Part shown: piece by piece, positions 1 through 8,166 of the stretch
Layout of the letters: every line of letters starts with the position of its first letter
Numbering within the stretch: the stretch's first letter is position 1
Virus record (IMG/VR): IMGVR_UViG_3300028146_000004
Span: 1-52,226 of that record
DNA length: 52,226 nt
Source: a virus
Lineage: Duplodnaviria > Caudoviricetes
Direction: 5' to 3' (one strand)
The notes under the pieces: generated by a model
Told to the model about the DNA's origin: nothing
Databases searched by the model: none
The model's input: only the letters and a program-made list of their open reading frames with translations
Program-made: the position numbers and the translations under genes

Positions 1-127
1 GGAGCGATCGCGAACGTCTTGCCCTGCTGCAGCTCGCCCAGCTGACGGTTGACCTCGGAGAGGCGCGCGGCCGTCTTGAGCTCGGCGATCTTGGCGTCCT
101 TCTCCTGCATCTCCGCGAACATCTTCG
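1..127. repeat. Terminal overlap, identical to 52100-52226; circular assembly with a unit length of 52099 bp
   Basis: Exact 127-nt match; the protease reading frame runs across the junction. Confidence 0.95.
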
Positions 128-848
128 CGAAGGCCGGCGAGCCCTCGATCAGAGCCTTCAGCTGCGGGTCCTTGGTCGGATCCGGCGTCGGGTCCTTCAG
201 CTGCTTGACCTCGGCCTCGAGAGCCGTCTTCTCGTCGGTCAGCTTCTTGACCTCGTCCGTGTGCTCAGTCAGCTTCTTGAGGACGTCGTCCTCGGTTGCG
301 GCCTCGGCGAGCCCCAGGGACTCCCTCAGCTTCTTCAGATCCACATCAACCTCCGGTGTGGGTGGTGTTGGGGGAGTTCCCGTGAGCTCCGAAAGGTTCA
401 CGGGGAAGAGGTTCTTCATCCACGGGCGGTTGGTCAGGCCACCGCCGTTCAGGACGTTCTCGTGCTTGGTGCCCTGCGGGTCCGTCCACTCGTCGGAGAA
501 GTCCGCGGAGAAGTAGCGGTACTTCTTCTCCTTGATCTCGTTCTTCGCCGTATCTGTGAAGTCGACCTTGATGTGAAGTCCGCTCTGATCGACCTTGGCG
601 TCCTTGACCCATCCCGCAGCCTGGTTGCCCTTGGCTGGATCGGTCTTGTGGTCGTAGTCGATGTCGGGGTCGATACCACGCGTGTGCTGAGTCACGCTGT
701 TCGCCAACGCGGTGAGCTTCGCTGTATCGAAGTTCAGCTCACCGTGAAGCGGATGCTGGTACGTCCCGAACGGCAGAGCGTGGACCCATGTACCGTCGTC
801 ACTCAGGGTCAGCTTGCTGGTGTCAACCCACCAACCATACTCGGCCAT
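1..848 (-). CDS. Mu gpI-like capsid maturation protease/scaffold, 5' part; continues across the junction to 51799 (about 382 aa in total)
   Basis: Not in the ORF track. ATG at 848 after GGAGG; MAEYGWWVD...DYDH...AAGWV...YRYFSADF...GGGLTNRP are Mu-like protease motifs; in frame with ORF 51799..52221. Confidence 0.88.
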   Translation of the reverse strand, partial: MAEYGWWVDTSKLTLSDDGTWVHALPFGTYQHPLHGELNFDTAKLTALANSVTQHTRGIDPDIDYDHKTDPAKGNQAAGWVKDAKVDQSGLHIKVDFTDTAKNEIKEKKYRYFSADFSDEWTDPQGTKHENVLNGGGLTNRPWMKNLFPVNLSELTGTPPTPPTPEVDVDLKKLRESLGLAEAATEDDVLKKLTEHTDEVKKLTDEKTALEAEVKQLKDPTPDPTKDPQLKALIEGSPAFAKMFAEMQEKDAKIAELKTAARLSEVNRQLGELQQGKTFAIA

Positions 849-899
849 CGCTTGTGGTACCTCCCTCTGATGCTAGTATCACGTAGTCAGTCTAGTAAA

Positions 900-922
900 G
901 CAACAATTCACTATATCTCAGT
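900..922 (-). promoter_or_regulatory. Late-promoter upstream box, copy 1 (ACTGAGATATAGTGAATTGTTGC)
   Basis: Identical 23-mer at 6278-6300; runs into TTGCTT-N17-GATACT upstream of the protease gene. Confidence 0.65.
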
Positions 923-2523
923 TACCCTCCCGAGCTGTCGCGACCTGCGTTTGCCCGCGGAGGAGCTACCGGAGGCTTGGTGTTCTGACGTGGCGGGCCA
1001 ACCTTGGGCGGCTTGGGCTTCTGCGGCTTGTTAGCGTCGGTCGCGCCTGGCTGCCCAGGCGGGGCTGCCTGTCCCGGTGGGGTCGGCTGCCCAGGAAGTT
1101 GCGGTGTCGGCGGCTTGCGCAGAGTAGCCATGTCCATCGGCGGCAAGTCGGTCTCCTGCCGAAGCTGAGCCTCCAGCTTGTCGTCAGGAGTGATCAGGCC
1201 CGCACCAACGAAGTTACGAACTGCAAAGCTCAACGTGCGAAGATCGTCCCACTCACCAATACGACGTGCCTTCAGCTGTGGGTACTTGCCCTGTCTGAAG
1301 TTTAGGTCGACAAGCTGAGGGATGACGAACTTGTTGATGATGCTTGCCACCGAATCAGCCATGTACCGCACTGACTTGTAGAACACGTCGACGATCTGGT
1401 CGCGCGTTCGTGGATCCGTCATGAACGGAGCGAGGATGTTCAGCTGCAGCTGCTGGTCGTGGTGCTCGATCGACTTGATCACGTCGACAGGATTGCCTCC
1501 GAGGACCGCGAACAAGATCTCCCAGTTCGGAGGGAGGATGATGTGCGCTCGGTCGTTCGTACGAAGGTTACGACCCATGTCCTCCGCGAGCTGCTTGTCT
1601 GCTGTCGTGAAGCCTGGAGGAAGCTTGATCACAGGAACGCCGATGCCGTGACGTTCCTTCTGGATCGCGTCGATCTTGTACAACGTGTCCTTGTAGTACC
1701 AGTGCTTGTACGCCGACCTGAGGATGCTCGTACCGCTGAGGTCGCCTGCTTCAGCCTCGAAGCTGAAGATCACCAGCTTGTTGATCGGGATGAACTGCCC
1801 GATTCTGGGAAGTGCTCCGTAGCCTGACAACGAGTCCTGAGCCGTTGTGGAATCGTAGATCGCTATGTTACCGTACGGCACGTACGGCTCCATCACGATT
1901 CCAGCCGGACCACCATTCGGATCGTAGATCCACTCCTGGATGTCGAGAGGGTGTCGCGGTGCTAGCTTCCGCAACATGGCCTTACCGCTCTTCGGGTCGA
2001 TCATGTAGACCTTCTCGAAGACCATGTAGCCGTAGTCGAACATCAGGAGGATGTCGCCAAGCAGCTGGTTCCAGTCGACATTCAGCCGGTTGAACAGGTT
2101 GTCCTCGACAAACTTGGCGATGTTGGTATCGACCGCGCTCTCCGAAGCTGGAACCATGAACCAGTGAGCCGACTGGATAGGCGTCTTCACGAGGCGCAAG
2201 GTGCCTCGGACCGCTCCGTCGTTGCGCTTCATGTCGTAGTACTGACGGATGCCGATCTTGTCGCGGAGCTTCGGGTTCAACTCCTGTCGCGTCCACGCCG
2301 TCCACGGGCTCAGCGACGTGTAACCAAACTCCTGAATCGCCGTCCCGATGTCGATGTTCGGCAGGTTAGACAGCTGCACCGAACCGTGTTGCTTCTCAGC
2401 GACAATGATGTACGCGTCAGGTCCCGGCTGGGCGCCAACGAGCTCGTACTCTCGCAGTGCTTCCTCAAGGCGAATGCTGCGCCACTCGCTCAAGCCTTCA
2501 GTGCCCGTGTCCAGCGGGGCCAT
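922..2523 (-). CDS. Portal protein (Mu gp29/DUF935-like) with a Pro-rich C-terminal tail
   Basis: 533 aa; YGYMVFEKVY, G-SILR-AY--W--K and ERHGIGVP motifs; lies between terminase and protease. Confidence 0.9.
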   Translation of the reverse strand: MAPLDTGTEGLSEWRSIRLEEALREYELVGAQPGPDAYIIVAEKQHGSVQLSNLPNIDIGTAIQEFGYTSLSPWTAWTRQELNPKLRDKIGIRQYYDMKRNDGAVRGTLRLVKTPIQSAHWFMVPASESAVDTNIAKFVEDNLFNRLNVDWNQLLGDILLMFDYGYMVFEKVYMIDPKSGKAMLRKLAPRHPLDIQEWIYDPNGGPAGIVMEPYVPYGNIAIYDSTTAQDSLSGYGALPRIGQFIPINKLVIFSFEAEAGDLSGTSILRSAYKHWYYKDTLYKIDAIQKERHGIGVPVIKLPPGFTTADKQLAEDMGRNLRTNDRAHIILPPNWEILFAVLGGNPVDVIKSIEHHDQQLQLNILAPFMTDPRTRDQIVDVFYKSVRYMADSVASIINKFVIPQLVDLNFRQGKYPQLKARRIGEWDDLRTLSFAVRNFVGAGLITPDDKLEAQLRQETDLPPMDMATLRKPPTPQLPGQPTPPGQAAPPGQPGATDANKPQKPKPPKVGPPRQNTKPPVAPPRANAGRDSSGG

Positions 2524-2637
2524 GTCTTCTACCTCCCACAGGGCGGCTTTGAATAAGTTGCGCCTAAAAAGTTTAGTTAAATGTTCACGTACCGCCTAAA
2601 CCTAAATCGCAAGATCCGTGAAGGCAGATTGTGAAGA

Positions 2638-4116
2638 TTAACGTGTAACTATGCTCAGGTCTGACGAGGAGAAGTACGAATCGTTGCTGCCGAACGCATT
2701 GGCTGCTGCGCTCTGCAGCTCGTCTGCAGTGTAAATCTCGCTCAGCTTGTGACCTGCGCCAAGCTTGAAGAGCATCATGAACGCGTAGCGGATCGCGTCG
2801 AGGGCGTGGTCGTCGTACTTCTGAGCATCTTCCCGTACATTGCGAAGAACACGTCCCGCTGCTGAAGGGGCACGGTAGTTGTTGAACTCCCGGATCGTGT
2901 TACGGCAGCTTGGATCGATGTAGAGCCACGGCTGCTCGATAGGAGTACCGTACTCGTCTGAGACACCCGTTTGCCGAAGCTGAAGGTACGACTTAACCAG
3001 CTCGACGCCTTCGCGCCATCCACTTTGTGCACTGTGCCGCCCCATGGATTGATCTGTAATCTTCGCCGTGCCAGACTTGGATCGTGGGTCTGCATAGCAC
3101 GGCGCAAGCTTGGTAGAGACCGTCAGCACTGATTCAGGCGAAGCTGCGTCGCCGAATGCGAGGTCAATCTTGTAACCGTCTGGCTGTGGGCGATTCTTGA
3201 GGATGGCGATGTGCTCCTCAAGCATCTTGCCACCCTCGTAGTGCTCTCGCCAAACGTACACCTGCCCCCAGGGGCTGATCTGGAACTCGATGCACGCCAA
3301 GGGGTTCGTGAAGCCCCAGTCAAATGCCATGTAATTCGGCCAGTCTGGGCGGTACTTGTGCTGCTTGACGTGGATTACTTCCTGAAACTCGTCGTAGATC
3401 TTGCCTATGAAGGCGTTAAAGAGAGCTGCAATCTCCTGATCGAAGAACGCCGGGAGGACCGTTGCCTTGATGAGCGCGATCTCAGGATCATCCTTGCCAA
3501 GAGGATAGACGTATGGGTTATCCCAGCTAGGAAACTGCCAAGAAGCGTAGTCTCGATACACCTCGTCGGGCGACTGGCCCCATGCCCAGAGGTTGTATAG
3601 CCAGTTGAAACCCTCCGGTGTAGTAGGAAATGTCGCCCACCCTCGCTCATCAGCGAGGGCAGGTCGAATAAAACGCTCCCACGTGTCAGCACGGTGCTTT
3701 GCCGCCTCTGACATGATTGCCCCGTTGAGCTTCTCACCAACCAGGTTCTCTGGGTGGTCCGCACTTCGACACTCAACACGAGTTTGCCAGGGGAATTCAA
3801 TGAACATCTCCCCGCTACGACGGGAATACGCCTTCTTGACGCGCTTGTCTCTGCCCAGCTTCTGCCCGATGATCAAGTCGTCCCAGATGACCCGGAACTC
3901 CTTCTCGGAGAGGTCGTAGGTAGGTCCGACGATCCAGAAGCGCTTCTTCGGCAGGAAGAGTTCGGAACCGAGGTCCCGTGCCGCCATGTGGCTCTTTCCG
4001 AACCGACGACCGCAGCACGGGACCCGGAAACGCTTTCCCGAAGCATGGAACAATGCCTGCTTCGGGTGCGGCTTGTACCCGACCAGGTCAAAGTAGTTCT
4101 GCTTCGACAGCGTCAT
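2638..4116 (-). CDS. terL: Terminase large subunit
   Basis: Walker A GRRFGKS, TTPEG-NW coupling motif, nuclease motifs DWGF and DDHALDAIRY. Confidence 0.95.
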   Translation of the reverse strand: MTLSKQNYFDLVGYKPHPKQALFHASGKRFRVPCCGRRFGKSHMAARDLGSELFLPKKRFWIVGPTYDLSEKEFRVIWDDLIIGQKLGRDKRVKKAYSRRSGEMFIEFPWQTRVECRSADHPENLVGEKLNGAIMSEAAKHRADTWERFIRPALADERGWATFPTTPEGFNWLYNLWAWGQSPDEVYRDYASWQFPSWDNPYVYPLGKDDPEIALIKATVLPAFFDQEIAALFNAFIGKIYDEFQEVIHVKQHKYRPDWPNYMAFDWGFTNPLACIEFQISPWGQVYVWREHYEGGKMLEEHIAILKNRPQPDGYKIDLAFGDAASPESVLTVSTKLAPCYADPRSKSGTAKITDQSMGRHSAQSGWREGVELVKSYLQLRQTGVSDEYGTPIEQPWLYIDPSCRNTIREFNNYRAPSAAGRVLRNVREDAQKYDDHALDAIRYAFMMLFKLGAGHKLSEIYTADELQSAAANAFGSNDSYFSSSDLSIVTR

Positions 4117-4361
4117 CAGGCCGGCGGCTCAGCTGGAGGGGTGTCACCCTTTGGCGCGAACGGTCCCGTGTTCGGGATGGAGAACGTGAGGCCGGCCGCA
4201 GCCAGGCTCGTGACGATCAGCGTCTGCCACTCACCAGCCGTCATGCCATCGACACGGAACACGAAGAACAGCGGAACTGCCGTGCCCAGGAAGGCCATCA
4301 TGGCCTTCAGGTGCCCGTTGATAAAATCTACGATCCCCTTCACGTTGCAACACCCTCCCAC
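4116..4361 (-). CDS. Small two-TM membrane protein, holin-like
   Basis: Two hydrophobic segments with the KAMMAF...T-GEW...IPN pattern; stop overlaps the terL start. Confidence 0.55.
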   Translation of the reverse strand: MGGCCNVKGIVDFINGHLKAMMAFLGTAVPLFFVFRVDGMTAGEWQTLIVTSLAAAGLTFSIPNTGPFAPKGDTPPAEPPA

Positions 4362-4391
4362 TATATAGAAGGAATGCAGTTAGCACCATTG

Positions 4392-4631
4392 CTACTGCGG
4401 TATGTACTTGACGACCGCCAGGTTCTCGTTCGGGTCGTCTCGCCGGTCAATGTTCGTGTAGATCTCAGTCGAGGGTGAGGAAAACCGTCCGACTCGGCAC
4501 GTGATCAGGTTGCCAGCGCCGAGCGCGGTGATACGGGCAGTGCGTACTTTCTGGTACGCTGCATTGCCACCTACAGTCTTGGCCACAAAGACCAGGACGT
4601 GCCGGCCGATCTTTGGCTTCCACGTGCTCAT
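4392..4631 (-). CDS. Hypothetical protein
   Basis: 79 aa, GAGG RBS, fits the operon. Confidence 0.6.
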   Translation of the reverse strand: MSTWKPKIGRHVLVFVAKTVGGNAAYQKVRTARITALGAGNLITCRVGRFSSPSTEIYTNIDRRDDPNENLAVVKYIPQ

Positions 4632-4647
4632 CTGAGCTCCTCAACTG

Positions 4648-5097
4648 CTAGTACGCCTGGCTTCCAGACGAGCTCGGAGTACCCTTGCCGCCTGTGGAGC
4701 TCTTGATCGTGCCGCCGGCGATGCGCTGCCGCTTGCTGTTCACGGCGCTACGTGCCCGCTTCGTGCCGCCGCCACTGGCGCCGCTCGCGCCATCGGCCTG
4801 CATGTTGCTCTTGGTACCCTTGTTGCCGCTTGTCTTCTTGATCGGCGTCGCAGCCGACCGCTTCTTCCCTGGCATCGTCACCTTCTTCAAGTTCGGGTTG
4901 GCCTTCTTCGCTGCTGGTGATGCGCTACGGCTCGCAGCCGCAACCATTGCCTGCCCCTGCTTGAGAGGCACTCCCGCCTTCTTGGCGGCAGAGGCTGCAG
5001 CTGCTGCAAACCCCATGCCCTTTGCCACTCTCTTGCCTCCAGACATTATCCGGTCGGTGTGTACGCCACCGGATCCGGTTGGGTTGTAGACGCCCAT
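4648..5097 (-). CDS. Highly basic K/G/A/S-rich protein, possibly DNA-condensing
   Basis: 149 aa, very Lys-rich, almost no acidic residues. Confidence 0.6.
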   Translation of the reverse strand: MGVYNPTGSGGVHTDRIMSGGKRVAKGMGFAAAAASAAKKAGVPLKQGQAMVAAASRSASPAAKKANPNLKKVTMPGKKRSAATPIKKTSGNKGTKSNMQADGASGASGGGTKRARSAVNSKRQRIAGGTIKSSTGGKGTPSSSGSQAY

Positions 5098-5104
5098 CGC
5101 TACT

Positions 5105-5299
5105 CTACTCCCCTGCAGATGCTCGTATTGCCTTGAGCTCTTCCGTCTTGCGGTTCCGCCTCGTCCTAATGGGTGGCGGTGTCTCCTTACGCGGTGTCCT
5201 TGCTACTGCAGCCTCAACGCGCTGCTGCCTCGGCGTAACCGCCGGCTCCTCTTCAAACCGCTGAGCACGTGATCTGCCCATGGTGCTTTTCACCCTCAC
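5105..5299 (-). CDS. Small Arg-rich hypothetical protein
   Basis: Fills the gap in the operon; start uncertain. Confidence 0.5.
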   Translation of the reverse strand: MRVKSTMGRSRAQRFEEEPAVTPRQQRVEAAVARTPRKETPPPIRTRRNRKTEELKAIRASAGE

Positions 5300-5311
5300 T
5301 GGTTTAACGGG

Positions 5312-5854
5312 TCAACGGTTAAAGTACACGTTCGTCTGGCCGTGTGCTGCTGTAGCCGGCTTGATCGGCCCGCCCGCGTCGAAGGTACCCCTCGGCCCAC
5401 CAAGGATGTGTGGATCGTACACACCGATGCGGTTGTCTGCAGTCGGCAAAGCGCCTGCTGGGGTAGCCGCCCCCGTGTCGTCGAACGACACAGCTGCGAC
5501 TGCGGAGTACCCGATGAACAGCTCGGAGCCACCGACCCTGCCGTAAATGCCGTAGCGAATGCCAGCCTCACCAGGCAGCGTGATCGTGCACTTGTTGGTA
5601 GTGCCCGCCGCAACCACTGTGGTACCAGCTGCCGAGGCCGCCGTCTCCGCCCCGTTCTGCACGCGGGTGATCTTGTAGCTGTACGTCGCCGCAGTCAGCG
5701 TACCACCCGCCCCCGAGTTCGCCACCGCAGGCGCGCTCGGAGTGCCACCCGGTATGTCACCCTGCCGCTTCAGCACGATGACCGCACGCGTGTTCCCTGA
5801 CACATCTCGTAGAATCACCGACCGCTGTATCTTCGGTGGTATCCTATTCGGCAT
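5312..5854 (-). CDS. Putative virion accessory protein with an Ig/FN3-like beta domain
   Basis: GGTLTAATYSYKIT...GAET...YGIYGR...SFDD resembles the N-terminal insert of the major tail protein. Confidence 0.6.
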   Translation of the reverse strand: MPNRIPPKIQRSVILRDVSGNTRAVIVLKRQGDIPGGTPSAPAVANSGAGGTLTAATYSYKITRVQNGAETAASAAGTTVVAAGTTNKCTITLPGEAGIRYGIYGRVGGSELFIGYSAVAAVSFDDTGAATPAGALPTADNRIGVYDPHILGGPRGTFDAGGPIKPATAAHGQTNVYFNR

Positions 5855-5908
5855 TTCTGCTCCTTGTCAACCGGGTGCTTGTCTCAGGCTCCCACAGGGC
5901 CGTAGTCG

Positions 5909-6226
5909 TCAGCGTGCGACCGGGTCGTTCTCGGCGAGCTTGGAGACGAGCGCCATGAGGAGGTCCTCACCAGCACCGCCACTGCTCCAGCTTCCACCGA
6001 CAACGCCGTCGATGATGTACTGAGCAGCCTTCAGCCGAATGCTCTCGTTCGCAGCGTGTGTAGAAAGGAACGCCAGACTCTGTGCCGCCATGGGAGCAGC
6101 GTCCGTCAGGATCTCCCGCGCAAGCTCCATGTTGGTGCGGTCCGGCTTGAGCACTCGCTCCTGCTGCAAGTTGGCGATCGCCTCGTCTGGGATCCAGGAG
6201 AACTGGTCGTCAAATTCGCTAGCCAT
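5909..6226 (-). CDS. Probable terminase small subunit
   Basis: First gene of the leftward operon; helical motif A-NESIRLKAAQYIID. Function inferred from position. Confidence 0.45.
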   Translation of the reverse strand: MASEFDDQFSWIPDEAIANLQQERVLKPDRTNMELAREILTDAAPMAAQSLAFLSTHAANESIRLKAAQYIIDGVVGGSWSSGGAGEDLLMALVSKLAENDPVAR

Positions 6227-6277
6227 CAGGCCTCCTCAGTACCTATGCTCTTATGATCAAGCATGCAAGAGTGAAGG

Positions 6278-6300
6278 GCAACAATTCACTATATCTCAGT
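6278..6300 (-). promoter_or_regulatory. Late-promoter upstream box, copy 2
   Basis: Identical to 900-922; runs into TTGCCC-N17-GATCAT. Confidence 0.65.
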
Positions 6301-6382
6301 AACAATTCTCCTGAATTAAGTCGTATTAGCTCATATACCTTCGTATGAGACTAAATTCACGCTAGCTTAGGCTTAGAGAAAC

Positions 6383-6479
6383 GTCTAACCTACCGTCTAA
6401 CGCGCTTAGACTGTTATTAGACTCGATGAATGTGCTATCTACGCCGCTTTAGGTACAGAATCGTCTAACAAACGTCTAA
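6383..6479 (-). repeat. Six-box TTAGAC element A
   Basis: Boxes at 6383, 6395, 6406, 6417, then a 40-bp spacer, then 6463, 6474. Confidence 0.85.
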
Positions 6480-6572
6480 TTGAAAAACCACTGCTTACCC
6501 TTGAACACTGGCACTTTGAATTTTGCCTGCTTGCCATTCCAACGCCCGGGCAGGTAAAAGATCTTGAATCTA

Positions 6573-6581
6573 TGATATAAT
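6573..6581 (+). promoter_or_regulatory. Extended -10 promoter (TGATATAAT) for the first early operon; predicted start near 6588
   Basis: Matches the TGnTATAAT consensus; the first leader hairpin begins at 6588. Confidence 0.7.
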
Positions 6582-6587
6582 ATAGTT

Positions 6588-6741
6588 ATCAGCCAGTTAC
6601 AGTACACGGCTGATGCAGCGTCCATCAGCTACACGCGCGGACGTTCGTCCAACGGTAAACGATCCACGGGCTACGGCCCGACGGATGCTGTATCGGGGAG
6701 ACGGGAAGGTGTAGCTACGGGTTCTTGATAACTAAACAGTG
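6588..6741 (+). ncRNA. Structured leader RNA with a pseudoknot and an rrn boxA-like sequence
   Basis: Pairings 6612-6623/6683-6694 and 6627-6634/6709-6716; hairpins 6639-6650 and 6667-6680; GTTCTTGATAACTAAACAG at 6721. Confidence 0.6.
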
Positions 6742-6752
6742 AGAGTGTTACG

Positions 6753-7241
6753 TCGACGGGTGGCGTTGTGAGCCCCGGAGGTAAGGGTAGGTAGACATAA
6801 TCCGAACCTTACAGAAGGAGACCACAATGTCCGCTAAGATCAACATCGACGACGAGACCAAGGCCGCTTACCTCGAGCTCCTCGAGGGAGTGCTTACCGA
6901 GGACACGTACACCATTTACGGGCTTGCCAAGGTTGTTAACCTTGTGCTGGCAGCGAACGGAGCCGCTGCGATCCGCCCGCAGATGATGTACAACTACGCC
7001 CGCAACGGCTTGATCGTGAAGGGTGTGAAGATCTTCGGTGAGAACCTCCGGGACCTGACAAAGTCCGAGGTTGCCGAGTTCGTTATCCGGTACATCACGC
7101 GTGCAGGGTACGTCGTCAAGATCAGCGCGCCTGCAGCACAGGACGTCATTCCTGGGCTGGAGGACCTAACCGCCTAATTCACCAGTGAGGAGGTAGTACT
7201 GAGTTAGACTTACCTCCGGGGTTCACAAGGCCACCTGTCGA
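6753..7241 (+). repeat. 33-bp inverted repeat (6753-6785 / 7209-7241) enclosing ORF 6827..7177
   Basis: 30 Watson-Crick pairs, 2 G-U, 1 mismatch. Confidence 0.9.
6827..7177 (+). CDS. Putative HTH DNA-binding early protein
   Basis: AGGAG RBS; TIYGLAKVV...IRPQMMYNYARNGLI resembles a winged or MerR-type HTH. Confidence 0.65.
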   Translation: MSAKINIDDETKAAYLELLEGVLTEDTYTIYGLAKVVNLVLAANGAAAIRPQMMYNYARNGLIVKGVKIFGENLRDLTKSEVAEFVIRYITRAGYVVKISAPAAQDVIPGLEDLTA

Positions 7242-7244
7242 ACA

Positions 7245-7546
7245 CGATGTGATCGTCTTACATCGCCGGTGCCCGTAACGTCAACCGAAAGGAGCGAGGT
7301 TATGGACGCTAAGTGGACGAGGTACCTCGACGAGCAAGACTTGTGGAGGTTGCACAGTGAGACGTGCAACGATTGCACGGATCACCGAGACGAGGACGAC
7401 ATCTGGAGGATCGAGTTGACCGCGACGTGCCCAGTAGGGTGGGAAGCGATCGGTAAGATCCGCCAGATCGAGATCGAGTTGGGAATCGTACCTACTAACC
7501 GGTAAGTAACCCCCACGGGTACCGGCGGTGCAAGATGATCACATCG
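7245..7546 (+). repeat. 32-bp inverted repeat (7245-7276 / 7515-7546) enclosing ORF 7302..7505
   Basis: 28 Watson-Crick pairs, 3 G-U, 1 mismatch. Confidence 0.9.
7302..7505 (+). CDS. Small putative Zn-binding protein (HxxxCxxC...CxxGW)
   Basis: RBS before ATG 7302; motif shared with 7599..7805. Confidence 0.7.
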   Translation: MDAKWTRYLDEQDLWRLHSETCNDCTDHRDEDDIWRIELTATCPVGWEAIGKIRQIEIELGIVPTNR

Positions 7547-7549
7547 ACA

Positions 7550-7854
7550 GATCCGAGTCGTGCTAAGACCGGCTGGGCCAACCTGAAAGGAGACGGATAT
7601 GAATGGTTGGCGCGAGGTTAACCCACAAGACGAAGACCTGAATGAGGCCAGAAAGGCAATCCGGGACCTGATGCGTCACGTGCCTACGTGCGGCACCTGC
7701 CAAGCGTGGTCACAATATGACGCCGCGGTGTACACCCTGGCGTGCCTCGAAGGTTGGACGTTGTACCACATCGTGATCAACGGACAGTCCCCAGTCAAGT
7801 TCTAGTAGCGTAGGCTAACATCCAAGCCCAGCCGGTCCTAGGGTGACTCGGATC
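7550..7854 (+). repeat. 29-bp inverted repeat (7550-7578 / 7826-7854) enclosing ORF 7599..7805
   Basis: 25 Watson-Crick pairs, 2 G-U, 2 mismatches. Confidence 0.9.
7599..7805 (+). CDS. Small putative Zn-binding protein (HxxxCxxC...CxxGW)
   Basis: GAAAGGAG RBS; paralog-like to 7302..7505. Confidence 0.7.
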   Translation: MNGWREVNPQDEDLNEARKAIRDLMRHVPTCGTCQAWSQYDAAVYTLACLEGWTLYHIVINGQSPVKF

Positions 7855-7877
7855 ACCCCCGATGAAAGGAGGGTCCC

Positions 7878-8129
7878 ATGGCTAGGGAGATCTACCAGGT
7901 TCACCCGTTCACGGTGCGCCCACTGCTACGGCGTCACGCGAAGCGTGATGTCCAGTTCCAGATGGAACGCCTTGAGCGAGAGGGCCAGATCGAGCCGGTG
8001 TGCGTCAAGCCACCGGTGATGGGCCAGTACGAGATGGATGTAGACCATCCTGACTACTTCTACTGGTCCCCCGAGATCGTGGAGGCCGCGGTACGGCTAG
8101 GTTGGGAGACCATCCTGGTGACGTACTAA
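7878..8129 (+). CDS. Hypothetical protein
   Basis: GAAAGGAGG RBS; followed by a terminator. Confidence 0.7.
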   Translation: MAREIYQVHPFTVRPLLRRHAKRDVQFQMERLEREGQIEPVCVKPPVMGQYEMDVDHPDYFYWSPEIVEAAVRLGWETILVTY

Positions 8130-8134
8130 AAGAG

Positions 8135-8166
8135 AGCCCCCGGTGAAAGCCGGGGGCTTTTCTTTT
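8135..8166 (+). terminator. Intrinsic terminator
   Basis: AGCCCCCGG-TGAAAG-CCGGGGGCT followed by a T tract. Confidence 0.85.

Noticed and set aside
6753-7854. Inverted repeats as IS/MITE ends or integron attC sites
   Set aside because: The three repeats are unrelated in sequence, no transposase or integrase was recognised, and the G-U bias favours RNA pairing; not fully excluded
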